From positions 1 to 21,986 of the forward strand of contig JAXLWY010000026.1 of NCBI GenBank assembly GCA_046328255.1: a stretch of 21,986 nucleotides of DNA, in the 5' to 3' direction. Numbering within the stretch: position 1 is the first letter of the stretch; each line of letters starts with the position of its first letter. Positions 1 to 8,651 of this stretch are shown here, in pieces. This stretch comes from Dehalococcoidia bacterium (GTDB lineage: Bacteria; Chloroflexota; Dehalococcoidia; UBA2979). The notes below the pieces were generated by a model. That model made no database searches and was not told the origin of the DNA. It worked only from the letters and a program-made list of their open reading frames with translations. The translations under genes were made by a program, and so were the position numbers.

Positions 1-420
1 CGCGCCGTAGCCGCGACCGATCTCGTCCACTTCCTGCTCAACGACCGTGCGGGGACGGCGCCGCTCGAGGTAGTCCGACACCAGCTCGACAAGACGGCGG
101 CCGAGGAGCCGCAACGCCTCGCGATCACCGGCCTCGATGGTCGCGTACCAGTCCGGGTCGGTGCGGGTGTGCAGCTGGCGCCGGATCCGGCTGACCGCCG
201 CGGTCTCGAGGGCCGGGCGCGCGCCCGCGGTCAGCGCGAGCAGATCCGCCTCGGCGAGCCGCCGATGGCCACCCGGCGTCCGAAACGAACGGATCTGCCC
301 GTCGTCCGCCCAGCGTCGGACGGTTGATTGATTGACTCCGACCAGCGCGCAGGCGAACCGGAGACTGATCCAGCGTGTGCCCTCGGCGCCGGCGGTCGGG
401 CCCGGGTTCGCGCTCATCAT
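1..420 (-). CDS. MerR-family helix-turn-helix transcriptional regulator (partial; 3' end beyond window start)
   Basis: Minus-strand ORF from ATG (complement of 418-420) running off the window without a stop. Own translation: MMSANPGPTAGAEGTRWISLRFACALVGVNQSTVRRWADDGQIRSFRTPGGHRRLAEADLL..., a classic MerR/excisionase-type HTH (HTH_17-like). Not in the ORF track because it has no stop inside the window. Co-directional and immediately downstream of dinB. Confidence 0.65.
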   Translation of the reverse strand, partial: MMSANPGPTAGAEGTRWISLRFACALVGVNQSTVRRWADDGQIRSFRTPGGHRRLAEADLLALTAGARPALETAAVSRIRRQLHTRTDPDWYATIEAGDREALRLLGRRLVELVSDYLERRRPRTVVEQEVDEIGRGYGA

Positions 421-574
421 CGGCCCTCGGATCGGCGTGCACGGCGCGACGAACCCGTTCGCCGCCACACCAAATCTACCAAACGCACTCGATATCGTGA
501 GATTCGAGAGTAGCAGTCAGGGCGTCGCCGACAAGGCCGGCGCGACCCGTTCCGGCTTCGCGGCGGGGTGGCGC

Positions 575-1789
575 TCAGCGCATCGCGTCGCGGAGGTCCG
601 GGCGCGCCGCGCGACGAGGCCCGCGGCTGACCGAGGCCGCGCCGAAGCGCTCGCGCAGGCCGTCGATCGCGTGATCGAGCAGTTCCCGCTGCCGCACGGG
701 CGCGTCCTCGAATGCCAGTTGCACCACATCCTCGACCAGGTTCGTGGCCCCGAGGCCGATGAGGCGCACGGGGTGCGTCCCGATCTGCGCCGTCAACGCC
801 TCGAGCAGCGTGATCCCCTCGCGGTGCAGTTCCTGCGTCGACTGGAGCGGCAGGTCCACCGTCCGCGAGCGAACGAACGTGGTGAAGTCCGCCCAGCGCA
901 GCTTCAGCGTGACCGTGCGCGCGCGCTTGCCCGAGCCACGGAGGTCGCCGCCGATGCTGTCCGCATGCACGAGGAGGACGCGGCGCAGTTCGGCGGCGTC
1001 CTCGACGTCGCGCCCGAACGTCACTTCGCGCGACACCGACTTCGCCTCGCGCGGCCCACCGACCACCGGCGTGGGGTCGATGCCGCGCGCGCGGTCGTGG
1101 AGGTAGGCGCCCACCTTGCCGAAGCGGTCCTCGAGCCACCGCGGATCGGCGGCGGCCGCCTCACCGATCGACGTGATGCCCGCGGCTGCCAGGCGTTCGG
1201 CGAGCTTCGGACCAACGAGCGGGAGCTCGCGGATGGGGAACGGTGCGAGGAATGCGGCGTCCTCGCCCGGCGGCACCTCGATCAAGCCGTCCGGCTTCGC
1301 ACGGTCCGAGCCCGTCTTCGCCGTGATCCGCGAGCTCGCGATACAGACGGAGACCGCCAGACCGAGGTCGGACCGCACCCGTGCGCGCAGGCGGCGCGCG
1401 ACTTCGAATGCCCCACCCTGCGGACCGAGGCCGGTCAGGTCCGCATATGCCTCGTCGACGCCGACAGACTCGACGATTGGTGCAGCCTCGCGCAAACGCT
1501 CGTGGAACGCGCGCGACAGCGCGACGTAGCGATCGAAGTGTGGCGAAACCACGATCGCCTGCGGGCAGAGTCGGAGTGCGACCGCCATCGGCATCGCGGA
1601 ACGGCAGCCGAATGCGCGCGACTCGTACGAGGCGCTCGCGACTACGCCTCGAGGGCCGTTGAACCCGACGAGGACGGGCTTGCCGATCAGCGCCGCGTCG
1701 TCCAGTCGCTCGACCGCGACGAAGAAAGTGTCGAGGTCGAAGTGCGCGATACGCCTCGGCAGGCGCGGTCCGGGGTCGAGGCGAGGCAT
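575..1789 (-). CDS. dinB: DNA polymerase IV (Y-family translesion polymerase DinB)
   Basis: 404-aa ORF with Y-family hallmarks: IAHFDLDTFFVAVE, SYESRAFG, VDEAYADLTG, little-finger region. Full length and uninterrupted. Confidence 0.9.
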   Translation of the reverse strand: MPRLDPGPRLPRRIAHFDLDTFFVAVERLDDAALIGKPVLVGFNGPRGVVASASYESRAFGCRSAMPMAVALRLCPQAIVVSPHFDRYVALSRAFHERLREAAPIVESVGVDEAYADLTGLGPQGGAFEVARRLRARVRSDLGLAVSVCIASSRITAKTGSDRAKPDGLIEVPPGEDAAFLAPFPIRELPLVGPKLAERLAAAGITSIGEAAAADPRWLEDRFGKVGAYLHDRARGIDPTPVVGGPREAKSVSREVTFGRDVEDAAELRRVLLVHADSIGGDLRGSGKRARTVTLKLRWADFTTFVRSRTVDLPLQSTQELHREGITLLEALTAQIGTHPVRLIGLGATNLVEDVVQLAFEDAPVRQRELLDHAIDGLRERFGAASVSRGPRRAARPDLRDAMR

Positions 1790-1800
1790 GTGATGATGGT

Positions 1801-1814
1801 AGAACGCGCGTTCT
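1801..1814. promoter_or_regulatory. Putative LexA (SOS) box AGAACgcgcGTTCT, 12 nt upstream of the dinB start
   Basis: Palindrome GAAC-N4-GTTC (core of the actinobacterial LexA box TCGAAC-N4-GTTCGA). Read on the dinB strand: TTGACGccataAGAACgcgcGTTCTaccatcatcacATG, i.e. box between a TTGACG -35-like hexamer (complement of 1820-1825) and a -10-like element. Only GAAC-N4-GTTC instance found in the window. Confidence 0.6.
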
Positions 1815-1821
1815 TATGGCG

Positions 1822-2397
1822 TCAATGCGGAGGAGGCGTGCCTTTCGCATCCCCGAGTTGGCGCAACACGCGAGCCGGCACCCCACCGACGACCGTGTCG
1901 GGTGGAACATCGCGCGTGACGACGGCGCCGGCGGCGACGACCGCGCCGTCTCCCACCGCCACGCCCGGAAGGATCACGGCTCGCGAGGCAATCCAGGCGC
2001 CGTTGCCGATCGTGACCGGCGCCGGCAGGAGTTCGCCCGCCCGTCGAGCGGAGAAGCGAGTGTCGTGTCCCGAGGTCGTGATCAGGACGCCGTGCCCCAG
2101 CGCGACTCGATGACCCACGGTAATCCGGTCGGTCGCATCGAAGACACAGTCCGCGTTGATGAACGAATCCGAGCCGATGACCAGTCTGCGCGAGGCGTCA
2201 CGCCCGCCGAGTAGCCGAAAGGGCGCGAACACGAGTCCTCGGGGCCCGATCTGGAGGCCCACCATGCGCAGGCACTCGGCGCGCAGCCTCGGTGCAACGC
2301 CGACGGGTATCGGCGCGGTGAGCAGCTGCGCGAGGAGGTAGCGAACGTCGACGTTCGCGAGCAGGTCCCCGAGCACTCGCGACACACCGAGTGGCAC
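1822..2397 (-). CDS. Hexapeptide-repeat (LbH) O-acetyltransferase, maltose/galactoside acetyltransferase-like
   Basis: 191-aa ORF with a left-handed beta-helix repeat signature: IGNGAWIASRAVILPGVAVGDGAVVAAGAVVTRDVPPDTVVGGVPARVL. Its stop is 33 nt upstream of the dinB start. Confidence 0.8.
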   Translation of the reverse strand: MPLGVSRVLGDLLANVDVRYLLAQLLTAPIPVGVAPRLRAECLRMVGLQIGPRGLVFAPFRLLGGRDASRRLVIGSDSFINADCVFDATDRITVGHRVALGHGVLITTSGHDTRFSARRAGELLPAPVTIGNGAWIASRAVILPGVAVGDGAVVAAGAVVTRDVPPDTVVGGVPARVLRQLGDAKGTPPPH

Positions 2398-2421
2398 CTC
2401 AGCCGGTCCCGCGGGCGACCA

Positions 2422-2853
2422 TCAATTCTGGGAATCGCCGCGGTTCGACGCACTCGCGGCGTACCCGTTCGCGCTCGCCCCGTTCGAGCGCATCGGCGCG
2501 GGTTGTGCGGCGTCTGATGGCGGCTCCGAAGGCGCTTCATCGTCGCGCTCACGAGGGTGGAGCGACTCGATCTCGGCCTGCGTGACGCCCTCGACTGCCT
2601 CCTCGGCGGTCTGGCCGCGGAGCATGCGCCGGGCGATGGCCACGCTGGCGAGCACGACGAGCGCGCCGGCGACGGCGGCGCCGCCCGCGACGTAGCGATG
2701 CCGTCCGACGAGCTCAGGGAATCGACTCAGCGCGCGGTGCGCGAGCCGGATCGACTGCTCCGCCGCCGCGTCCACCTGCTCGCCGCCGCCGCGCTGTGCT
2801 GGTTCCTGGGGTGTCGATGCCGCGCGCATCCTGCGGCGGGGACGCATCACCAT
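2422..2853 (-). CDS. Small conserved membrane protein (one TM helix), immediately downstream of ribH
   Basis: ~143-aa reading MVMRPRRRMRAAS...RYVAGGAAVAGALVVLASVAIARRMLRGQTAEEAVEGVTQAEIESL...; a hydrophobic helix flanked by charged segments. This is the distal part of track ORF 2422..3333, whose upstream part is out-of-frame ribH. A small membrane-protein gene after ribH is a common actinobacterial arrangement. Confidence 0.5.
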   Translation of the reverse strand: MVMRPRRRMRAASTPQEPAQRGGGEQVDAAAEQSIRLAHRALSRFPELVGRHRYVAGGAAVAGALVVLASVAIARRMLRGQTAEEAVEGVTQAEIESLHPRERDDEAPSEPPSDAAQPAPMRSNGASANGYAASASNRGDSQN

Positions 2854-2878
2854 GGTGGGGAGAGCCTTCCTGGCTGGC

Positions 2879-3335
2879 CTAACCCTCGAGTGCGGGCAGG
2901 AGGGTGGCCATCTCGATCGCCGCGAGCATTGCCTCGCGGCCCTTGTTGCCCACGGCGCCGCCCGCGCGTGCCTGGGCCTGCTCGACAGTGTCCGAGGTAC
3001 GACGCCAAACGCGACTGGCATCCCGTAATCGGCGGCCACATCGGCGATGCCATGTACCGCCCGCCACGAAATCGAAGCGCGGTGCCCGCCTCGGATCACC
3101 GCGCCGACGCAGGCGATGGCGTCGTACCGACCGGTATCGGCGAGCGCGCGCTGCGAGCGGCAGCTCGTACGCACCCGGCACCCACGCCACATCGAGGTTG
3201 TGATCGGACACGCCGTGCTCGCCGCCGTAGTCGAGGGCGCCTGCAGCAGGCGCTCGGTGATCAACTCGTTGAACCGCGACGACGACGGCGACGTGCAGCC
3301 CGCTGGCGTCGAGCGAGCCTCGAAGGTGCGCACTA
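2879..3335 (-). pseudogene. ribH: 6,7-dimethyl-8-ribityllumazine synthase (ribH), reading frame broken by ~6 single-base frameshifts
   Basis: RibH segments in alternating frames: GSLDASGLHVAVVV | RFNELITERLLQ | GALDYGGEHGVSDHNLDVAWVPGAYELPLAARA | RYDAIACVGAVIRGG | RFDFVAGG | AVHGIADVAADYGMPVAFGVV | SDTVEQAQARAGGAVGNKGREAMLAAIEMATLLPALEG*. Example junction: gtacc where gtaacc is expected (homopolymer -1). Confidence 0.75.
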
Positions 3336-4624
3336 GCCCAGCCCCGGTCCCCGTGATCGGCCCATCTTCTCGCGCTTGGTCTGGAGGTAGCGGAGGTTGT
3401 GCGGGTTGGGCTCCACCTCGAGCGGCACACGCTCGACGATCTCGAGGCCGTAGCCATCGAGGCCGGCGCCGCGCAGCTCGCCGTGCGTCTGGATCTCGCG
3501 GACCTTGAGCGGGTTGTTGTCACGAGCCGCATCCGCGTGATGCCGAGGTCGACGAGGATCTGCGCGCCGATGCTGTAGTCGCGGTTCTCGGCAGGCAGGC
3601 CCAGCGCTGTTCGCCTCGACGGTGTCGAGGCCCTGCTCGTCCTGCAGGCGGTAGGCGCGATCTTGTTGTGCAGGCCGATGCCCCGGCCTTCCTGGTCCAT
3701 GTAGACGATCACGCCGCGTCCTCGTCGGCGATGCGCTGCATCGCGGCCTCGAGCTGCTCGCCGCAATCGCAGCGGAGTGAGCCGAACACATCGCCGGTGA
3801 GGCACTGATCGTGGACGCGCACCAGCGTGGGCTCACTGCTCGCGACGTCGCCGAGGACGAGGGGCCACGTGCTCCTTGGAGTCGATGAGCGCGGTAGCTG
3901 ACGGCGCGAGCGTTCCAAATCGCGTCGGTGCAGCGGCTCTTCGACGCGCTCGACGAGGCGCTCGTGCGCGAGGCGGTACGCGATGATGTCGGCGACAGTC
4001 ACGATCCCCATCTTGAACTTGCGGGCGAACCGCTGAGCTGTGGCATGCGCGCCATCGAGCTGTCCGTGACCATGATCTCGCAGGGACCACTGCCGCCGGC
4101 TGGAGTCCTGCGAGCTTGCAGAGGTCGACAGACGCCTCGGTCTGACCGGCGCGCACCAGCACGCCTCCCCGAGCGGGCGCGCAACGGGAAGATGTGGCCC
4201 GGCCGGGTGAGGTCGCGCGCGGAACTCGAGGGGTCCCTGAGCACCGGATGGTCCGCGCGCGATCGGCGGCCGAGATGCCGGTCGTCACGCCTCGCGCGCC
4301 TCGACGCTCACGGTGAAGGCTGTCCCGAGAGGCGCGCCGTTGTGCGCGGCCATGGGGTGCAGGTCGAGTCGGTCGCACCACGTCCCATCAGCACGCAGAT
4401 GAGGCCGCGCGCCTCGGTGGCCATCAGGTTGACCTCACCTCCGCGGTGCAGAACTGGGCGGGGATGCAGATGTCGTCATTCTCGCGGTCCTCGTCGTCGA
4501 CGATGATGAGCGGCTGCCCCGCCTTGAAGGCCGCGATGGCATCCTCGACGCTCATGAGGGCGGGGGCGCGAGTCTTCGTACCGGTGGGCTTGCGCTGGTT
4601 CTGGCTCGGTTGCTTCGTCGTCAT
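3336..4624 (-). pseudogene. ribBA: Bifunctional DHBP synthase / GTP cyclohydrolase II (ribBA), multiple frameshifts
   Basis: RibB motifs (SVEDAIAAFKAGQPLIIVDDEDREN; [15 protein letters not shown]; [13 protein letters not shown]; [27 protein letters not shown]; MARMPQL) and RibA motifs ([35 protein letters not shown]; [19 protein letters not shown]; RAYRLQDEQGLDTVEAN; LGLPAENRDYSIGAQILVDLGI; GLDGYGLEIVERVPLEVEPNPHNLRYLQTKREKMG) spread over five track ORFs in different frames. ATG at 4624 overlaps the ribE TGA (ATGA). Confidence 0.8.
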
Positions 4625-5231
4625 GAATCCCCGCCGGGCGGGCGGGTCACCGGGCCGCGCGCGCCCTCGAGCATCTGCTCCACGTATCGAGCGAGATGTC
4701 GGTTTCGAGGTTGATGCTATCACCGGGGTGACGGGGCGTGAGGTTCGTAGTTCCTTGCGTGTACTGGACCAGCGAGACGCCGGAAAGACTCCGCGTCCTT
4801 TGCCATCACAGTCAGCGATGCACCGTCGACGCAGACCGGGCCCTTCATCGCGATATAGCCCTGGCATCGGGAGCGACGGTAGCGCGCGATGAGCGCGTCG
4901 CCTTCTGGTGTGAGGCTGTCGAGGGTGCACGTGGACCTCGAACCACGCCTGCACGATGTGGCCTGACAGGCGGTCATCCGGGCGCAGGACCGCTCGAGGT
5001 TCACCGCGGAACCGGCCTGAGAGTTGACGAGGTTCGAGCGGCGGAACGTCTCGGGCATCACATCGAACGTCATCGAGCGCGCGTCCATGGCGCGAATCGT
5101 GAGGTCGACGCCGTTGACCGCGATCGAGTCCCCGAGCTTCGACCCTCGATGATCGCGTCGCAGTCGATCACGAGCACGCCGCCATCACGGACACTGACCG
5201 TGCCGACCTCTTCGATGATGCCCGTGAACAA
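4621..5231 (-). pseudogene. ribE: Riboflavin synthase alpha subunit (ribE/ribC), frameshifted
   Basis: LFTGIIEEVGTV (likely TTG start at 5231), MTFDVMPETFRRSNLVNSQAGSAVNLERS, IAMKGPVCVDGASLTV, GDSINLETDI and C-terminus RYVEQMLEGARGPVTRPPGGDS* found in at least three frames. Confidence 0.75.
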
Positions 5232-5248
5232 CGCTTCCGCCCTCGCAA

Positions 5249-6376
5249 CTACTTCCGGCCAGACCGGCACCCTCGATCGGCACATCGTCGCCGAGGCGCG
5301 TGACCTCGACGTCCGCAGCCGCAGCGCCTGCGCCATCCGTCGACGCCCTGCCTGGCAACGGCCGAGGGCGCTCGCCGCACCGATGAGATGATCGGCGCGA
5401 TCACGGCCTGCACCCGGTCCACCATGCGACGGCCTGTGGCGCGACCCAGGACGACGACGCTCACCGCCCTCGAAGAGGACGGTGAGGGCCCCGCGGGCCC
5501 CGAGGGCTGCCAGCAGCGCACGGAGGTCGACGTGGCTGTCGTCGGACGGGAGCACGAGCACCTCGGCGCCCGCGCCGACATCGATGGCGCTACGCCCTCG
5601 GGTGACGCCTCGGTGGTGGCGATGAGCGGGAAAGCGCCGGGTTGCAGTACGCGCAAGGGCGGCGGGCGTCCGCCCCCGCGCATCGAGGACGACGCGCAGC
5701 GGCTGGTGCACCGCGCCGGCCTCGCCCTCGGGACGCGCGGTCAGCTGCGGATCGTCGATCACGACCAGCCCCGACCCGACCACGATCGCGTCGAGGCGCG
5801 GACGGTTGCGGTGCGCCCACGCGAGCGTCTGCGGGCCCGAGACCCAGCGCGAGTCGCCCGAGGACGCCGCGATCCGCCCATCGAGCGAGGCGGCGAACTT
5901 GACGACACGGCGGGCAGGCCCGTTCGTCGGTGCCCGAGGTACCCCTCGAGGATGCGCGCGCCTCTCCGCCGCACCCCCTCGCCCACCTCGACGCCCACGC
6001 CGGCCGCCTCGACCAGCGCGGCCGCGGCCGTTCACCTCGGGGTTGGGTCGTCGAGGGAGTAGTGGGATCGCCGCGACGCCCGCCTCGATGAGGGCGTCCG
6101 TGCAGGGGGCGTGCGCCCCCGGTGGGCGTGCGGCTCGAGGGTCACGTACGCGGTCGCTCCGCGCGCGCGGGTTCCCGCCTCGCGCAGCGCCATCACCTCG
6201 GCGTGCGGGCCGCCGGGCGGCTGCGTGTGGCCCGCGCCGACGACCGCGCCATCGAGGACGATCACGGCGCCCACGGCGGGGTTGGGGGATGACCAGCCGA
6301 GGGCGCGCTCCGCCTCCGCCAGCGCAAGGCGCATGAACTCGCCGGGCGGGCGCGCGGAGCCGGGCAAGCCGGCCAT
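5249..6376 (-). pseudogene. ribD: Riboflavin biosynthesis deaminase/reductase (ribD), frameshifted from ~6100 downward
   Basis: Intact N-terminal deaminase domain: [91 protein letters not shown]. Then shifts: PCTDALIEAGV / HYSLDDPTP / AALVEAAGVGVEVGEGV / VVKFAASLDGRIAASSGDSRWVSGPQTLAWAHRNRPRLDAIVVGSGLVVIDDPQLTAR / PLRVVLD / LVDRVQAVIAPII. First shift is ccccc where cccccc is needed. ATG at 6376 overlaps the dcd stop (ATGA). Confidence 0.75.
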
Positions 6377-6958
6377 CAGTCTGCGGGTCGGCGGTAGTCG
6401 ACCCACCCGCGACTGGCCGTGGGGCCCTGCTGCCCCTGGTACTTCGAGTGCAGCCCCGGCGACCCGTAGGGCCGCTCCGCCGCCGAGGACAGCTCGTGAA
6501 TCGAGAGCTGGCCGATCTTCATGCCGTAGTAGAGCTTGATCGGCAGGTTCGCGACGTTCGAGAGCTCCATCGTGAGGTGCCCGTCCCATCCCGGGTCGAC
6601 GTATCCCGCCGTCGCGTGCACGAGCAGGCCCAGCCGGCCAAGGGACGACTTCCCCTCGACGCGCGCAACGAGATCGTCGGGGATGACGACGCGTTCCAGC
6701 GTCGACCCGAGCACGAACTCGCCCGGGTGCAGCACGAACGCCTCGTCGTCGGCGACCACCTCGAGCTCCGTGAGGTCATCGACGGGCGCGCGCACGTCGA
6801 TGAACGACTCGCGGTGATTGCGGAACACGCGGAACTCGCGGTCGAGGCGGATGTCGATCGAGGCGGGCTGGAGCGCATCGTCGCGCATGGGATCCACGAC
6901 CAGGCGCCCCGATTCGAGGTACGCGCGGATGTCTCGATCGCTGAGGACCACGAGGCAC
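6376..6958 (-). CDS. dcd: dCTP deaminase
   Basis: [21 protein letters not shown]...ASIDIRLD...[76 protein letters not shown]...[21 protein letters not shown]. Intact. Probable GTG start near 6958; the track M at 7038 is likely an upstream over-extension. Confidence 0.85.
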
Positions 6959-6969
6959 CTCGAATGCGC

Positions 6970-6988
6970 GGCGCGAGAACGTCGCGCC
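6970..6988 (-). terminator. GC hairpin (ggcgcga-N5-tcgcgcc) between SIMPL stop and dcd start; possible terminator/attenuator
   Basis: Perfect 7-bp stem with a 5-nt loop, ~55 nt downstream of the SIMPL-gene stop on the minus strand. No U-tract, which is common in high-GC actinobacteria. Confidence 0.25.
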
Positions 6989-7044
6989 GTCGACACGAAT
7001 CGTACCGTCCGCGAGCCGAGGGCGGCAGCGCCCGCCACGTGAGC

Positions 7045-7782
7045 CTATTTCAGTGCGTAGACCACGTGCACCTGGAGCGTGATCTCGGACTCGCCCGGGT
7101 TGATGGGCGTGGGCGCCTCGGCCTGGACGCCCGCTGCCCGCGCAGCTGCGGGCACCGCGATCACATCCCCGTTGCTCGATTCATTGATGGAGCGTGGCTT
7201 GCCCAGCTCGACGCCGGCCAGCTTCGCGAGGTTGTCCGCGCGGTCGTGCGCGTCCTTCACTGCCTGCTCGCGGGCCTGAGCGAGGAACTGCTCGGGTCGG
7301 TCGACCGCGAACGAAATGCCATTGACGCGCGTAGCATCGCCACCGGCTGCGACCGCGTCATCGAGCGTCTTCGAGGCCTTGTCGAGGTCGCGCACCTTGA
7401 CCGTGACGGTGTTCGCAACCACGTAGCCGGTGATCGCTGGTCGGCCGTTCGTCGTCGGCCGCGAGCTGTACTCGGGGTTGATCCGCAGCCCCTGGGTCCG
7501 GATGTCCTTCTCGTTCACGCCATTGCTCGTGATGGAGGTCTGGACGGCATCGGCTGCCGTGGCCGCGAGGCGGCGCGCCTCGGCGACCGTCGGGGCGTGC
7601 ACCTCGACACCGATGTTGAGCACGGCGATATCGGGCACAACCGTCACCTTGCCGGTCCCGGTCACCGCGATACCTCCCGGGTCCGGCGTCGTCACCAGCG
7701 TGGTAGTCGAATCGCACGCTCCCGCGAACGTGGCCACGGACAGCAACACGACCAGCCACAGCATGCGGAACATCGAACTCAT
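7045..7782 (-). CDS. SIMPL-domain (DUF541, YggE-like) lipoprotein
   Basis: MSSMFRMLWLVVLLSVATFAGAC (signal peptide plus lipobox Cys) followed by a SIMPL domain: ...ISFAVDRPEQFLAQAREQAVKDAHDRADNLAKLAGVELGKPRSINE.... GAGGAGGG RBS 5 nt upstream of the ATG at 7782. Intact. Confidence 0.8.
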   Translation of the reverse strand: MSSMFRMLWLVVLLSVATFAGACDSTTTLVTTPDPGGIAVTGTGKVTVVPDIAVLNIGVEVHAPTVAEARRLAATAADAVQTSITSNGVNEKDIRTQGLRINPEYSSRPTTNGRPAITGYVVANTVTVKVRDLDKASKTLDDAVAAGGDATRVNGISFAVDRPEQFLAQAREQAVKDAHDRADNLAKLAGVELGKPRSINESSNGDVIAVPAAARAAGVQAEAPTPINPGESEITLQVHVVYALK

Positions 7783-7810
7783 GCGACCCTCCTCGCACAG
7801 CGACGCACGA

Positions 7811-8632
7811 TCAGAGCGAGCCTCGACGCCGCAGCCAGAGCGCTGCAGCGAGCAGCGTGAGCGTGGATGCCGCGACGGCCAGCACAATCTGCACGCTCAG
7901 CCACACGGGCCCCTGGTCGAGCCGCTGGAGCGGCAACGGCGGCAATGGTGTGGCCGAGGCAGTGGGTTCGCGAATGGCGGCCTTCGAGGGCGTCTCAGGC
8001 GAGGGCGCCGCTGCCCCTCCGGACGGCGCGCCACTCGACGGTCGAGCCGGCGGAGCCTGAGGAGCTGCCGCGGGCGCACCTGCGGGCGCGGCCGCCGGCG
8101 CGATGGCCGGGGCAGACTCGTTGGCGCCGGTCGCAGGCGCAGCGGCCCGGGCGCCCGAGGACTGCTCGGCCTGCTTGCGCGTATCGGCGACGGCGGTTGC
8201 GGCATCGCGCGGCGCACCTGTCGATTGCGCCCCGGACAGGGCCGAGTCCGCCTGCGGCTTCGAGGCCAGCGTGGAGACGAACGTCGTGGTCGGCAGCACG
8301 CTGACCACCGTCAGCACGAGTGCGGCAGCCACGGCTCCGACGCGCGCGAACAACTCGATGCGCGGGAGCGCCGGTGAGGGCCTCACCGTGCCGGGCTGCA
8401 GGGCGAACGAGCGCGGGGCGTGCTCGAAACCGAGTGAGCCAAGGCTCGCACGGACCGCGCGCATCCCCTCGAGGGCGACGCGCACCTCGACGTCGCGTTC
8501 TGCCTCAGCTTCCAGCTGGGTGCGCTGCGGCGGCACGAGCGCACCATCGAGGTATGCCGACAGCCGCTCGTCCCGCTCGCTCGCGGGCGTGCTCGGCATC
8601 TCATCCTCGTCGCGCTGCCAGGGCCAACGCAT
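7811..8632 (-). CDS. Transmembrane anti-sigma factor (RseA/RskA-like N-terminus without Cys, Pro/Ala-rich extracytoplasmic part)
   Basis: N-terminus ERDERLSAYLDGALVPPQRTQLEAEAERDVEVRVALEGMRAVRASL matches the anti-sigma N-domain pattern. TM helix FARVGAVAAALVLTVVSVLPTT, long PA-rich region, second C-terminal hydrophobic segment. Directly downstream of the ECF sigma gene. Start codon is uncertain (8632 or 8599). Confidence 0.65.
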   Translation of the reverse strand: MRWPWQRDEDEMPSTPASERDERLSAYLDGALVPPQRTQLEAEAERDVEVRVALEGMRAVRASLGSLGFEHAPRSFALQPGTVRPSPALPRIELFARVGAVAAALVLTVVSVLPTTTFVSTLASKPQADSALSGAQSTGAPRDAATAVADTRKQAEQSSGARAAAPATGANESAPAIAPAAAPAGAPAAAPQAPPARPSSGAPSGGAAAPSPETPSKAAIREPTASATPLPPLPLQRLDQGPVWLSVQIVLAVAASTLTLLAAALWLRRRGSL

Positions 8633-8651
8633 GCGCTCTCCCGTTCGCGTT

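Noticed and set aside
437-448. CGAACCCGTTCG as a second SOS box
   Set aside because: The half-site spacing is 2 nt rather than the 4 nt required for actinobacterial LexA. It is kept only as a possible operator for the adjacent MerR-family gene.
332-2113. 593-aa plus-strand ORF spanning dinB and the acetyltransferase gene
   Set aside because: It is Arg/Ala/Pro-rich with no recognisable motifs. It is antisense to two well-supported genes. Long spurious ORFs of this kind are expected at ~70% GC.
2950-6100. Interpreting the broken rib genes as programmed frameshifting or ancient pseudogenes
   Set aside because: There are too many shifts in both directions without slippery heptamers. Near-perfect residue conservation in each piece with no stop-creating substitutions is inconsistent with long-term decay. 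This is therefore reported as probable indel error or very recent inactivation.
6959-7044. Looked for an FMN riboswitch (RFN element) ahead of the rib operon/dcd
   Set aside because: No conserved RFN cores (e.g. GGAUG…GGUGAAAUUCC, …AAAGUCCGGA) are present on the minus strand. There is only a short GC hairpin.
6448-7860. 470-aa plus-strand ORF
   Set aside because: It is antisense to dcd and the SIMPL gene, has no protein-like composition, and there is no codon-position GC skew supporting it.
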